From: a virus
Lineage: Duplodnaviria; Caudoviricetes
Direction: 5' to 3' (one strand)
IMG/VR virus record: IMGVR_UViG_3300044268_002096
Coordinates: 1 to 39,942 of that record
DNA: 39,942 nt
In this document: positions 27,695-36,945 of the stretch, piece by piece
How the letters are laid out: every line of letters begins with the position of its first letter
How positions within the stretch are numbered: position 1 is the stretch's first letter
Translations under genes and position numbers: made by a program
Notes under the pieces: model-generated
Databases searched by the model: none
What the model was told of the DNA's origin: nothing
What the model saw: only the letters and a program-made list of their open reading frames with translations

Positions 27695-28546
27695 ATGTCA
27701 TCAATTAGAAAGAAACTTACTGTTAATGAGAACGACAGTAAAAATACTAGAATGGACCTTGCTTCGGCAGGGGTGTTAGGTAACTGGCGACCTGATGAAC
27801 TAGCTCATATGAGTCGGTTTGATAAAATCGCTAGTTTAGCTATAGATGAAGCTAAAGTTTTAGATAGACCGCTAGATACTTTAGAAGTTGGTTGTGGGGA
27901 ATGTTGGGCGTTACGTTGTTTATATAAAGCATACGTAGTTAAAAAATCCGATATTATAAGTTCGTATTATGGTTACGATATTGATCCTGCTTGTGAATTA
28001 GAAAATAAGTTTTGGTCTAATGCAGGTGGTAAATTAGAAGAATCGACTTGGTTTAAAAACTTTAACGGACAAATAAGAATACAAGATTTAACAGTAAATC
28101 CTGTGTTTGATTTACCTGATGAAAGTATAGACTTTTTCTGGTCTACCGAAGTTATTGAACATATGGGTAGAGAGTTTGTACCCGCGTGGTTAGATGATGT
28201 AGCTAGGGTTATGCGACCCAATGCACTAGGTTATGTTTCTACACCTAACCATGACGGGTCAAACGATAAATTACCTGAAGACCACGTTTATGAGTGGGGT
28301 TTCGAAGAACTAAAAGAAGAACTAGAACGTAATTTTAATATTGAAGCGGTTACGGGTACGTTTATACAGATGCCTAATTTAAAGAAAGCTAGGTTTGATG
28401 GTACGCGTGATAAATACTTAGAGTGGACAGACCAACAAATGATTATGTTAACTGAACGTTTCGGCAAACAGTTCTTACGTATGGCAGCAGCAACTATGTA
28501 TCCTGAACATGCTAATAACTGTGCTTGGAGACTAACTAAGAAGTAA
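27695..28546 (+). CDS. class I SAM-dependent methyltransferase (small-molecule type)
   Basis: LEVGCG motif I, GYDID motif II, IQDL, DFFWSTEVIEHM and STPN. No DPPY/NPPY or PC motif. Confidence 0.85.
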   Translation: MSSIRKKLTVNENDSKNTRMDLASAGVLGNWRPDELAHMSRFDKIASLAIDEAKVLDRPLDTLEVGCGECWALRCLYKAYVVKKSDIISSYYGYDIDPACELENKFWSNAGGKLEESTWFKNFNGQIRIQDLTVNPVFDLPDESIDFFWSTEVIEHMGREFVPAWLDDVARVMRPNALGYVSTPNHDGSNDKLPEDHVYEWGFEELKEELERNFNIEAVTGTFIQMPNLKKARFDGTRDKYLEWTDQQMIMLTERFGKQFLRMAAATMYPEHANNCAWRLTKK

Positions 28547-29463
28547 TGTTTATTGCAGAAGAACTTGATAGATATTTTTACTGGCAAGAAGAACGGGAAA
28601 GTATTCGTAAAAAGAAAGAAAATGATTTACCGCCCCCTTGGACTAATGATCCTATCTTACAAGAGTTTAAATTCTGTCAAGTTTATCGAGAAGAAGATAG
28701 AACTACTCGGTGGCTTAGAAAACATATTAGAGAACCGTTACGAGACGACCCTAGAGTTTTTATGGCAGTAATAATTTTTAGGTGGTTTAATTTAATAGAA
28801 ACAGGAAGGACATTAATAGAAAATGATTTATTGTTTAATTGGAATAGAAAGAAAGCTATTGAACTTATTAGACAACAACCTAAATGGATTACTGGTTCTT
28901 ATATTATTAAAACCCCTAATCGTATGGATAAAGTTACAGGAGTATCTGAATGTATAAGTCATATGTGGAACGACAGAGATTATTTGGTGACTAAATTAGA
29001 AAATGAAAAAGCATTAAACAATTCTTCTTTAGAGTTTTGTTGGGAAACTCTACGAGATTATCCTTACATGGGTCCATTTATGGCGTACGAGGTTGTTACT
29101 GATTTAAGACATACTTATTTATTAGATGAAGCTAATGATATTATGACTTGGGCTAACGCAGGTCCAGGAGCTATGCGAGGTCTTAACCGTTTGACAGGTA
29201 GACCATTAGAGTATTGTTTACGTAGTCATGATTGGAACGGTGAGATGCAAGAGTTATTAAAAATAGCTTTTGAAAGAAACTCTTGGGTTACTAAAAGAAA
29301 CTCTGTTAACTATGAATTAAGGGAGATAGAGGGAGGTTTGTGTGAGTTTGATAAATACTCACGTATTCTTAAAAAAGAAGGTAGAACACGCTCTATCTAT
29401 AAACAAAACGACTTGCCTATAGTTGAAGATGTAGTAGCAGGTAAAAGCAAATACGAACTATGA
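28546..29463 (+). CDS. 5-hydroxymethyluracil-DNA kinase-like protein (aGPT-pyrophosphorylase clade 1 family)
   Basis: ERESIR...PWTNDPILQEFKFCQVYREEDRTT, FRWFN, GPFMAYEVVTDL, GPGAMRGL and EIEGGLCEFDKY motifs. Adjacent to a thymidylate synthase homolog. Confidence 0.78.
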   Translation: MFIAEELDRYFYWQEERESIRKKKENDLPPPWTNDPILQEFKFCQVYREEDRTTRWLRKHIREPLRDDPRVFMAVIIFRWFNLIETGRTLIENDLLFNWNRKKAIELIRQQPKWITGSYIIKTPNRMDKVTGVSECISHMWNDRDYLVTKLENEKALNNSSLEFCWETLRDYPYMGPFMAYEVVTDLRHTYLLDEANDIMTWANAGPGAMRGLNRLTGRPLEYCLRSHDWNGEMQELLKIAFERNSWVTKRNSVNYELREIEGGLCEFDKYSRILKKEGRTRSIYKQNDLPIVEDVVAGKSKYEL

Positions 29464-30530
29464 AAGTAATAACCGCACGAAATATAAACGACGCTTTTAG
29501 ATTAGGTGTCGATTTCTTTTTAGAAAAAACTAATTATCGAGAACAAGAAAGTAGAAACGGGTTGACGTTAGAAGCAGTAGAACCAGTAGCTACGGTCTAT
29601 CAAAAACCTACGGAACGTGTATTGTTTTGTGAAAAACGCGACGCTAATCCTTTTTTCCATTTTATAGAAGGGCTATGGATGTTACATGGACGTAAAGATT
29701 TAAGACCATTGACTTTTTTTGTAGAGTCTATGCGAGATTTTTCTGATGATAATGAGACTCTATGGGGGGCTTACGGTTGGCGTTGGCGAGATTATTTTGA
29801 TAAAGATCAATTAGAAATTATTATCGCTATGTTACATCGTAACCCAGACGATAGACGGGCAGTATTACAGATGTGGGACGTTAAAGAAGATTTAGATAGA
29901 GACGGTAAAGACGTACCTTGTAATACGAATATTTATTTTAAAGTTAGAGATAAAAAACTAAATATGACTGTTTGTAATCGTTCCAACGATATGCTTTGGG
30001 GAGCTTATGGTGCTAACGCAGTACATATGTCGATGTTACAAGAGTACCTTGCTTCGAGATTAGAAATAGCTGTTGGTGAATATACTCAAATTAGCGATAG
30101 TTTTCATGTTTATCAAAACGATGTTTGGGAGCGTTGTAAAGAGTTAGGGGTTATTGATATTTATAGTTGGCGTTCTACTAAAAACGATTATGAATATATT
30201 AAACAAAAAGACCTTGTGCCTTTAATAACTCATTCTAAAACTTTTCAGTGGGAATTAGATTTATTTTTTGCGGCGTTTGATGATGTTATAACTACAGGTA
30301 AAACGTTCTCAACTAAAGAATATACAGGACCGATAAAAACTTTTCAAAATCCGTCTATACGAGATATAGCAATACCTATGGTTAATGCTTATCTTTTTCA
30401 TAAGCGTAGACGTTACGAGGATTCTTATGCTTGGATTAATAAAATTAAAGCATACGATTGGATGAAAGCGTGTTTCGAATGGGTCCGCAAACGAGACACT
30501 ACTTTTACATTAAAACTTGCGGACAACTAA
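29460..30530 (+). CDS. thymidylate synthase homolog, probable dUMP hydroxymethylase
   Basis: DDRRAV, DVPCN (catalytic Cys), RSND-x9-N (uracil-specifying Asn) and SFHVY. Divergent from canonical ThyA and next to the 5hmU kinase-like gene. Confidence 0.8.
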   Translation: MKVITARNINDAFRLGVDFFLEKTNYREQESRNGLTLEAVEPVATVYQKPTERVLFCEKRDANPFFHFIEGLWMLHGRKDLRPLTFFVESMRDFSDDNETLWGAYGWRWRDYFDKDQLEIIIAMLHRNPDDRRAVLQMWDVKEDLDRDGKDVPCNTNIYFKVRDKKLNMTVCNRSNDMLWGAYGANAVHMSMLQEYLASRLEIAVGEYTQISDSFHVYQNDVWERCKELGVIDIYSWRSTKNDYEYIKQKDLVPLITHSKTFQWELDLFFAAFDDVITTGKTFSTKEYTGPIKTFQNPSIRDIAIPMVNAYLFHKRRRYEDSYAWINKIKAYDWMKACFEWVRKRDTTFTLKLADN

Positions 30531-30540
30531 GGAGCAAATT

Positions 30541-30897
30541 ATGGCGATTAGTAATTGGGAAGCTATGAAAGATATAGCCCAAAACGACCTAGAAGCGTTA
30601 AAAAGAGCTGAAGTTTCTTACGGTGACTCTTGGAAACGTAGAGGTGGCGTAGGGGCTTTTATGATGTTAGCACGTAAGTTCGATAGGATAGAACACCAGT
30701 CTGAAAAACACGGGTGGGATATCTTTGAAGCAGGTGAAGCATTTAAAGGCGAAGCAGGACTACTAGATGATATCCGCGATTTACGTAGATATTTATTATT
30801 AGTAGAAAACGATATTTTAATAAATGATTCTGAGCAAGAGAGTAAAGCAGTTTATTCTGAAACAGTAACCTCAGAAGGCATACCAACAGGAGATTAA
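30541..30897 (+). CDS. nucleotide-modification-associated all-alpha protein, putative dNTP pyrophosphatase
   Basis: SYGDSWK...RKFDRI...DDIRDLRRY resembles DUF1599/MazG-like folds. GGAG RBS before ATG 30541. Confidence 0.55.
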   Translation: MAISNWEAMKDIAQNDLEALKRAEVSYGDSWKRRGGVGAFMMLARKFDRIEHQSEKHGWDIFEAGEAFKGEAGLLDDIRDLRRYLLLVENDILINDSEQESKAVYSETVTSEGIPTGD

Positions 30898-30899
30898 TT

Positions 30900-31187
30900 A
30901 TGAGTTTATGGCAAAGCATTAAAAATTTATTTTTTACAGACAATACTAAAAAACCTGTAGAAACTAAAGATGAAAAAGTTTTAGCAGAAGCTATAGAAGA
31001 AGCTACGGTGACTTTAGATAAATTTGAAGAGGAAGTAGCGGAAGTAAAACGAGCACGTGGTAAAAAAGGTAAGTTCATTGCAGACGACCCTAATACCCCT
31101 GATGTAAACGAAGCATGGGTAGGTGGTAAAGCTCCAAAGAAAAAGAAACCTAAAGCTAAAGTTACTAAGATCGTTAAGAAAAAGTAA
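30900..31187 (+). CDS. hypothetical protein with basic tail
   Basis: RARGKKGKFIADDPNTPDVNEAW motif. AGGAG RBS. Confidence 0.7.
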   Translation: MSLWQSIKNLFFTDNTKKPVETKDEKVLAEAIEEATVTLDKFEEEVAEVKRARGKKGKFIADDPNTPDVNEAWVGGKAPKKKKPKAKVTKIVKKK

Positions 31188-31189
31188 TT

Positions 31190-33049
31190 ATGCAACAACC
31201 ACTTTTTGCTCCTGAGAGTTCTTGGTCTGTGCCTGAAGTGTTTCCGCAGTTTTCGGAAACAGAAACAGTAGCAGTAGACTTAGAAACTTACGATCCACAT
31301 CTAATGACTTGTGGTCCAGGCTGGGCTACAAGTCGTGGGTATATCGTAGGTATTGGGGTAGCTACTGAAAAGTGGTCTGGTTATTTTCCTATTCGTCATC
31401 AAGGCGGTGGTAATTTAGATGAAGATATTGTTTTACGTTGGCTACGTAATCTACTTAGCTCTACTAAACGAGACGTTATATTTCATAACGCCCTCTATGA
31501 TGTAGGTTGGTTAAGGCGAGAAGGCGTAGAAATAAAAGGCAATATTCTAGATACTATAGTTGCCGCACCGCTAGTTGATGAACATCGCTATTCTTATTCG
31601 TTAGATAATCTAGGTGAGTTTTATTGTAACGAAAAGAAAGATGAATCGTTATTACGTGATGCTGCTCTAGCTTTCGGTATCAATCCTAAATCAGAGATGT
31701 ATAAACTACCTGCAAAATATGTTGGTCCTTACGGGCAACAAGATGCAGCGTTGACTTTAAAACTTTGGCATAAATTAAAAGCTGAAGTCGTTGCTCAAGA
31801 TTTAGAAAAGATATTAGCTATGGAGTGTCGTCTAATACCGTTGTTATTAGAAATGCGATGGCGTGGCGTTAGAATAGATGAAGAACGAGCCGAGCAAGTT
31901 AGTAAACAGCTCTCTACCGAAGAACAAAAGTTACAAGTAGAAATAAAACGTAAGTATGGTGCTGAAGTTAATCTTTGGGCTAACGCTTCGTTACAAGAGA
32001 TATTTGATAAGAATAAACTTTGGTACCCGCATACTGCAAAAGGTATGGCTAGTTTTCAAAAAGACTGGTTAGAAGGACATGAGCATGAACTACCGCAGTT
32101 GATCGTTAGGGCTAGAAAACTAAATAAAGCTAGAACAACGTTTATTGAAAAGATGATTCAAGAACATTGTTTTAACGGCAGGATACACGCGGAAGCCCAT
32201 GCTATGCGTAATGATCGTGGCGGCACGGTTAGCGGTCGGTTTAGTTATAGTAATCCTAATCTACAACAAGTACCTGCTCGTGATCCTGAGATAGGCAATC
32301 TTATTCGTTCTTTATTTATTCCTGAAGACGGTTGTCAGTGGGGGGTATTTGATTATTCTCAACAAGAACCTAGACTTACCGTACATTATGCTGATCAGAT
32401 GAACTTAACAGGAGCAAAAGACGCAGTAGCTCAGTATACTAACGATAATGCTGACTTTCATCAGATCGTAGCAGATATGGCAAAAATACCACGTAAACAA
32501 GCTAAGACGATAAATCTAGGACTTAGCTATGGTATGGGTAAAGAAAAACTAATTAAAGAACTAGGTGTTGATGATTTAGAAGCGGAAGCTCTATTTCTAC
32601 AATACCATGAGAAAGTACCTTTTATTAGAGCTTTACAAGATTATTGCACTCGCGTAGCTATGGATAGAGGATATATAAAAACTTTTGCAGGTAGACGATG
32701 TCGTTTTGATTTATGGGAAAATAAATACGAACGCTCTACTCCGTTGCCTTTAAAAGACGCACAAGAAAAATACGGAGATAATTTAAAAAGATCATTTACA
32801 TATAAAGCCCTTAATAGATTAATTCAAGGCTCAGCAGCTGATATGACTAAATTAGCGATGTTAGGTCTATGGGAACAAGGTATTGTTCCGCACCTACAAG
32901 TACACGATGAAGTTGATGTTTCGGTAGTTGATCAAGAACAAGCTCTACTTATTTCTAAAACAATGCAAGATTGCGTAAAATTAGCAGTGCCGTTGTTAGT
33001 AGATGTAGAACTTGGTAAATCTTGGGGTGAAACAAAGGAGATACTATGA
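31190..33049 (+). CDS. polA: DNA polymerase family A (3'-5' exonuclease plus polymerase), Leu762 type
   Basis: Exo motifs DLET, HNALYD and YGQQD. Polymerase motifs SGRFS..NPNLQQ, DYSQQEPR (A), KTINLGLSYGM (B) and VHDE (C). No 5'-3' exonuclease domain. Confidence 0.95.
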   Translation: MQQPLFAPESSWSVPEVFPQFSETETVAVDLETYDPHLMTCGPGWATSRGYIVGIGVATEKWSGYFPIRHQGGGNLDEDIVLRWLRNLLSSTKRDVIFHNALYDVGWLRREGVEIKGNILDTIVAAPLVDEHRYSYSLDNLGEFYCNEKKDESLLRDAALAFGINPKSEMYKLPAKYVGPYGQQDAALTLKLWHKLKAEVVAQDLEKILAMECRLIPLLLEMRWRGVRIDEERAEQVSKQLSTEEQKLQVEIKRKYGAEVNLWANASLQEIFDKNKLWYPHTAKGMASFQKDWLEGHEHELPQLIVRARKLNKARTTFIEKMIQEHCFNGRIHAEAHAMRNDRGGTVSGRFSYSNPNLQQVPARDPEIGNLIRSLFIPEDGCQWGVFDYSQQEPRLTVHYADQMNLTGAKDAVAQYTNDNADFHQIVADMAKIPRKQAKTINLGLSYGMGKEKLIKELGVDDLEAEALFLQYHEKVPFIRALQDYCTRVAMDRGYIKTFAGRRCRFDLWENKYERSTPLPLKDAQEKYGDNLKRSFTYKALNRLIQGSAADMTKLAMLGLWEQGIVPHLQVHDEVDVSVVDQEQALLISKTMQDCVKLAVPLLVDVELGKSWGETKEIL

Positions 33050-33381
33050 GAGGTATAGATACATATAAAGCAGAACAAAACGCTAAACGTTATCGAGCAA
33101 TCTATGACGATTGGAAAGCTGCAGAAGAAACGTTAGCAGAATTAGGCGAGAAATACGAGTTAACTAAACAAAGAGTTTGGCAAATAGTAACCCGTTGTAA
33201 GTTAGGTGACGGTGATTATTATAGGGGCGTACAAATTGCCCGTAATAAATGGACAGAATTTATGCAACTCTATCAAGATAATGAACAAAGCAAAAGGGCT
33301 TACGATGAGTGGCTAAAAGAAGTTGATGTCAAATTAGCTTCCGATAATCAAAAAGTAGCACCGCATACGGGATGGTTATAA
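33046..33381 (+). CDS. HTH protein, sigma70 region 4-like
   Basis: TLAELGEKYELTKQRVWQIV. Confidence 0.65.
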   Translation: MRGIDTYKAEQNAKRYRAIYDDWKAAEETLAELGEKYELTKQRVWQIVTRCKLGDGDYYRGVQIARNKWTEFMQLYQDNEQSKRAYDEWLKEVDVKLASDNQKVAPHTGWL

Positions 33382-33525
33382 AATTACTAAATTTTTTAAA
33401 ATCGGTTCCCAGAAACCGCACGTACGGCGTTTTTCAAAAGACCCCGAAGGTTTTAGTTAAGAACTATCTAAATACGCCCAGATCGGCTTATTTTAGCTTA
33501 TATGCGTTTTGCTCGTCTGTACTCC

Positions 33526-33554
33526 TTTACTTAACTTATATTGACCTTTATTAT
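33526..33554 (+). promoter_or_regulatory. phage promoter
   Basis: TTTACT-N17-TATTAT. Confidence 0.6.
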
Positions 33555-33561
33555 AGTTATT

Positions 33562-34317
33562 ATGACTAATTTTGTACTGCAGTACCCATTACTAGAAGAT
33601 AAAAGCGATAGACCGTATGAGTGTGAATGGTGCGGAGATAATTTTGGCGGTCATAAACGTAAATATTGTACGCCTAAATGTCGTGAAGAAGAAAGACGGT
33701 ACGATGCTTATAAAGAAAAACAAGAAAGGTACAAGAAAAGAGAGATAAAAAAGGTAGAACGAGAAAAAGAAAAACAAGAAAAGCGTATTGCTAAATTAGA
33801 TAAAGAATTAGCTAAACTACGTCAAGAAAATAAAAAATTTAAGTGTGTGGTTTGCGATAAAGAACTTACAGGTAGTCAAACATTGTATTGTAGTGATGAG
33901 TGTAGCAAATTAACTAGATTAGATGAACGTAAAAGACTTACTCCCGCAGAAAGTATTTTTTCTGAGGCTGGTAAATGGCATGAAGGGTATTACGGTAAGT
34001 GCAATGTAAATATTGTTGAGTCAAAAAACTGTTTAGAAGTTATAGATTTAACACCGTATACTTATGAAAGTGATTATTATATTGAAAAGTGTATTATAGA
34101 AGATTTACCAGAAGCTCGTTATACAGACGGTTCATGTCATATTAATCAAATACATAAAGGACTAGAATTCTACTATGGTCCACACTACCATGAAAAAGCA
34201 TTTAATAAAGACCGAAAAAAGAGTGCAATAATAAAACTTGTAACTCTATTAAAACAAAGAATAACACAATTAGAAGATGGCGAAAGAAAAGAACCTATGG
34301 TTGTTAATGCGGACTAA
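33562..34317 (+). CDS. Cys-rich zinc-binding protein
   Basis: Two CxxC-x10/11-YCxxxC units (CEWC..YCTPKC and CVVC..YCSDEC) joined by a charged coiled coil. ATG 33562 preferred over TTG 33541. Confidence 0.7.
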   Translation: MTNFVLQYPLLEDKSDRPYECEWCGDNFGGHKRKYCTPKCREEERRYDAYKEKQERYKKREIKKVEREKEKQEKRIAKLDKELAKLRQENKKFKCVVCDKELTGSQTLYCSDECSKLTRLDERKRLTPAESIFSEAGKWHEGYYGKCNVNIVESKNCLEVIDLTPYTYESDYYIEKCIIEDLPEARYTDGSCHINQIHKGLEFYYGPHYHEKAFNKDRKKSAIIKLVTLLKQRITQLEDGERKEPMVVNAD

Positions 34318-34666
34318 TCTACCGTTTATACATCTACAACGAATCGAAACAGGTATGACAGGAGCAGGAGTGCCTGATGTAAACGGTTGTGCGAAAGGTA
34401 AAGAGTTTTGGGTAGAACTAAAAGAAATACATTCAGGTAATGCTCTTACTCTACGTCCTATGCAAGTAGCGTGGTTGGGTAAACGAGCAGCTCATGGTGG
34501 TCAAGTGTTTGTTTTAGCTAGAAAAAATGCTGAACTGAAACTCTACCATATAGACAGTTTAACAGGAATAAAAGAATTGATGAAGGGTGGTTATAACTCT
34601 CCCGCGTTGCTTACGTTAAACGTTCCTTACGATTGGGAGGCTCTTGGTAGTGCTTTACTTTCTTAA
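34277..34666 (+). CDS. PD-(D/E)xK nuclease, VRR-NUC/Holliday junction resolvase-like
   Basis: RIE..GVPDV...FWVELK...LRPMQVAW. Confidence 0.8.
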   Translation: MAKEKNLWLLMRTNLPFIHLQRIETGMTGAGVPDVNGCAKGKEFWVELKEIHSGNALTLRPMQVAWLGKRAAHGGQVFVLARKNAELKLYHIDSLTGIKELMKGGYNSPALLTLNVPYDWEALGSALLS

Positions 34667-34683
34667 AGCTGTGCTTTTAAATA
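34654..34683 (+). promoter_or_regulatory. phage promoter (weaker -10)
   Basis: TAGTGCTTTACTTT core shared with the 37265 and 38402 copies. AT-rich -10 region at 17-18 nt spacing. Confidence 0.5.
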
Positions 34684-34738
34684 TACGGGTAGCTAACAAC
34701 TACGATCATTATAACAGTGCAAACAAAACGGAGGTTTT

Positions 34739-35773
34739 ATGGCACATCAAGTAGAAACGATGGCGTGGGCTAATCAAGTACCTTGGCACGGATTAGGTGT
34801 CGAAGTAAGTGATGATCTTACACCATTACAAATGCAGGAGGCAGCAGGTCTAGACTGGACAGTTAGTAAACGTCCTAGTTATACGCTTGACGCACCTGAG
34901 TGGGGCGACGATGTTGGTTTAATCCAAGCGGAAAATACTTTCCACATCGTTCGCGATTCTGATAACCGTGTTCTTAGTCATTGCGGTAGGGATTATATCC
35001 CTGTCCAAAATAAGGACATATTTGAGTTTTTTAAACGCTTTACTGAAGCGGGTCACATGAAAATGGAAACCGCAGGTAGTTTAAAAGACGGTGGAGAAAT
35101 TTGGGGCTTAGCCAAAATTTCTGAGGATTTCGAACTTGCGGGCGAAGACCATATTAAAGGGTATCTTTTAATACACCAACCGCACGTAGTAGGTAAGTCG
35201 ATGACTATTAAACTTACACCAATAAGAGTTGTTTGTAACAACACTCTTACTTTTGCGTTAGGCGAGAAAGGTACAGCATCTTTCCGTATGCCACACGTTA
35301 AAGAGTTTGGGGCAGACGTCATGGAAGCTGCTGAGGAGGCGTTAGGTCTATCAGCAGAGAAGATGTCTAAGTTTAAAGAAGCGGCGGAGTTTCTTTCTAA
35401 TAAGAAAGCTAAACACCCGCAGTTTTTAGACTTTGTAGGTGAGTTATATCAACCTAATACTATGTTGACGTATCGTCATGAAGCTAAACTAAAAGCTGAT
35501 GGTAAGTTAATTGGTGAACAAGCACCACTTATCGAGCAGTTCAATAAGTACCCTAAGTTAGTAGTAGATGCTCTTGAGCAACAGCCAGGAGCCAATCTAG
35601 CTTCTTCTAAAGGTACTTGGTGGGGTGCATTAAATGCAGTTACCTACGTAGAAGATCACTTACGTGAGTCTCACGAAAAAGGTAACAGCTTACACAGCTC
35701 TTGGTTCGGCGTGGCGGCTAACCGCAAAGCTAAAGCATTAGATTTAGCTATTAAATATGCGGAGACTGCCTAA
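34739..35773 (+). CDS. DUF932/DUF945-family phage/plasmid protein
   Basis: MAHQVETM..VPWHGLG, AGLDWTV, ETAGSL..G, TPIRVVCNNTL and GTWWGALNAVT motifs. Confidence 0.85.
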   Translation: MAHQVETMAWANQVPWHGLGVEVSDDLTPLQMQEAAGLDWTVSKRPSYTLDAPEWGDDVGLIQAENTFHIVRDSDNRVLSHCGRDYIPVQNKDIFEFFKRFTEAGHMKMETAGSLKDGGEIWGLAKISEDFELAGEDHIKGYLLIHQPHVVGKSMTIKLTPIRVVCNNTLTFALGEKGTASFRMPHVKEFGADVMEAAEEALGLSAEKMSKFKEAAEFLSNKKAKHPQFLDFVGELYQPNTMLTYRHEAKLKADGKLIGEQAPLIEQFNKYPKLVVDALEQQPGANLASSKGTWWGALNAVTYVEDHLRESHEKGNSLHSSWFGVAANRKAKALDLAIKYAETA

Positions 35774-36021
35774 TGTCTGATAACCCTACACACTACAAAT
35801 TTGACCACGAGGTCATGAGTATGATATGGGTTGCTCTACATGAGTCAGGTCTAGAAGACTTGGCTCAGGTAGTGTCTGACACTATGATTACGCAAGGTTG
35901 TCAAGAACTATCAGGTGTCGCCGATGGTGATGCTGTTACGGTCTTGGCTTTTTGGAAAAACTTTTTAGAAGATAAGGGCTTAGTCCATTTTTCTAACCCA
36001 GAGGAGGATTTAAATGGCTGA
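35773..36021 (+). CDS. hypothetical protein
   Basis: TAATG coupling, 82 aa. Confidence 0.6.
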   Translation: MSDNPTHYKFDHEVMSMIWVALHESGLEDLAQVVSDTMITQGCQELSGVADGDAVTVLAFWKNFLEDKGLVHFSNPEEDLNG

Positions 36022-36298
36022 TTTAGAAATTAAAATAGATAAAGGCGTACCCCTTCCTGAAGATACTAGGAGTAGATCAAACTACCCTTTTGCTGATATG
36101 GAAGTAGGTGACTCTATCTTTATACCGTTGGAAGAAGGTGATAACGCCCAACGTATGAAAAACCGTTTATCACAAGCTACTCGGACGTTTGGTAAAAAAC
36201 AAGACCCCGAGCAGCATTTTATAATTAGATACCGTCTAGAAAAGATAGGTGTTGGCGATAGAGAACTATCAGGAGTAAGGATATGGAGAAAAGACTAG
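36014..36298 (+). CDS. small conserved phage protein, putative DNA-binding
   Basis: IDKGVPLP..YPFADMEVGDSIF...GVRIWR motif. GAGGAGG RBS. Confidence 0.7.
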   Translation: MADLEIKIDKGVPLPEDTRSRSNYPFADMEVGDSIFIPLEEGDNAQRMKNRLSQATRTFGKKQDPEQHFIIRYRLEKIGVGDRELSGVRIWRKD

Positions 36299-36486
36299 AC
36301 CCTGAGCAATACGTAAAAGACTTAGAAAAACACGTAAATAAATTAGCTGACGATTTAGTGAAGGCTCGAACTCTACTAGAATTAAGTCTTACGGTTATCA
36401 GTCCTGTAGACGATACGAAAGGCGTAAAAGATAGTATTGAAGATTATCTTTATGGGGCTACTCGTAATTACGTTGATCAAGACTAA
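36283..36486 (+). CDS. hypothetical protein
   Basis: AGGAG RBS, 67 aa coiled coil. Confidence 0.55.
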   Translation: MEKRLDPEQYVKDLEKHVNKLADDLVKARTLLELSLTVISPVDDTKGVKDSIEDYLYGATRNYVDQD

Positions 36487-36497
36487 TCTTATACTGC

Positions 36498-36526
36498 TTT
36501 ACTTTCGTTTTACTCTAAGGCAGAAT
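36498..36526 (+). promoter_or_regulatory. phage promoter
   Basis: TTTACT-N17-CAGAAT. The leader has a TCTACC-GCAA-GGTAGA hairpin (36538-36553) and an AGAAAGGAG RBS. Confidence 0.6.
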
Positions 36527-36582
36527 AGGTACTATGTTCTACCGCAAGGTAGATAATTTTAACAACTAGAAAGGAGAAAGAT

Positions 36583-36939
36583 ATGCAAACGCAAACTTCA
36601 ACTTCATCTTCTGTAAAAAGAAGACCTGCTGTCAAAAAGACAGCAAAAAGCAAGGGGATAACTATCCCTGAACCAAAACAAGCCAGTAAAGGCTCAGCAC
36701 GTACTTTATATAAGTACAGTGGTAAAAAAATCGAGTGCAAAACTGCACAGATGATAGCTTTAATCAAAACTGTACAAGAAGCTAAAAAAGGTGAGCTTGA
36801 CTCGTCTAGCTTTACAGCACAGGATTTGGTTAAACTTGCTGTTAAACAAGGTAATTTGATTACTGGTCAAGAACCTATGCGAATCTTTAGGTTTTATACT
36901 AAAAGATTGAAAGACGAAGGTTACTTTTCGAAGGTATAA
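36583..36939 (+). CDS. basic hypothetical protein, possible winged-helix DNA binder
   Basis: Lys-rich N-terminus and helical C-terminal domain. Own promoter and strong RBS. Confidence 0.6.
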   Translation: MQTQTSTSSSVKRRPAVKKTAKSKGITIPEPKQASKGSARTLYKYSGKKIECKTAQMIALIKTVQEAKKGELDSSSFTAQDLVKLAVKQGNLITGQEPMRIFRFYTKRLKDEGYFSKV

Positions 36940-36945
36940 TTACCC

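Noticed and set aside
27695-28546. Methyltransferase as a restriction-modification DNA methylase
   Set aside because: It lacks the DPPY/NPPY (N6A/N4C) and PC/ENV (C5) motifs; the motifs present are of the small-molecule class I type.
29460-30530. T4-type dCMP hydroxymethylase
   Set aside because: The specificity position after RSND appears to be Asn (uracil) rather than Asp. The neighbour is a 5hmU kinase-like gene, not a glucosyltransferase.
33372-33569. 65-aa ORF in the track
   Set aside because: No clear RBS, atypical composition, and it spans a promoter motif. Probably non-coding.
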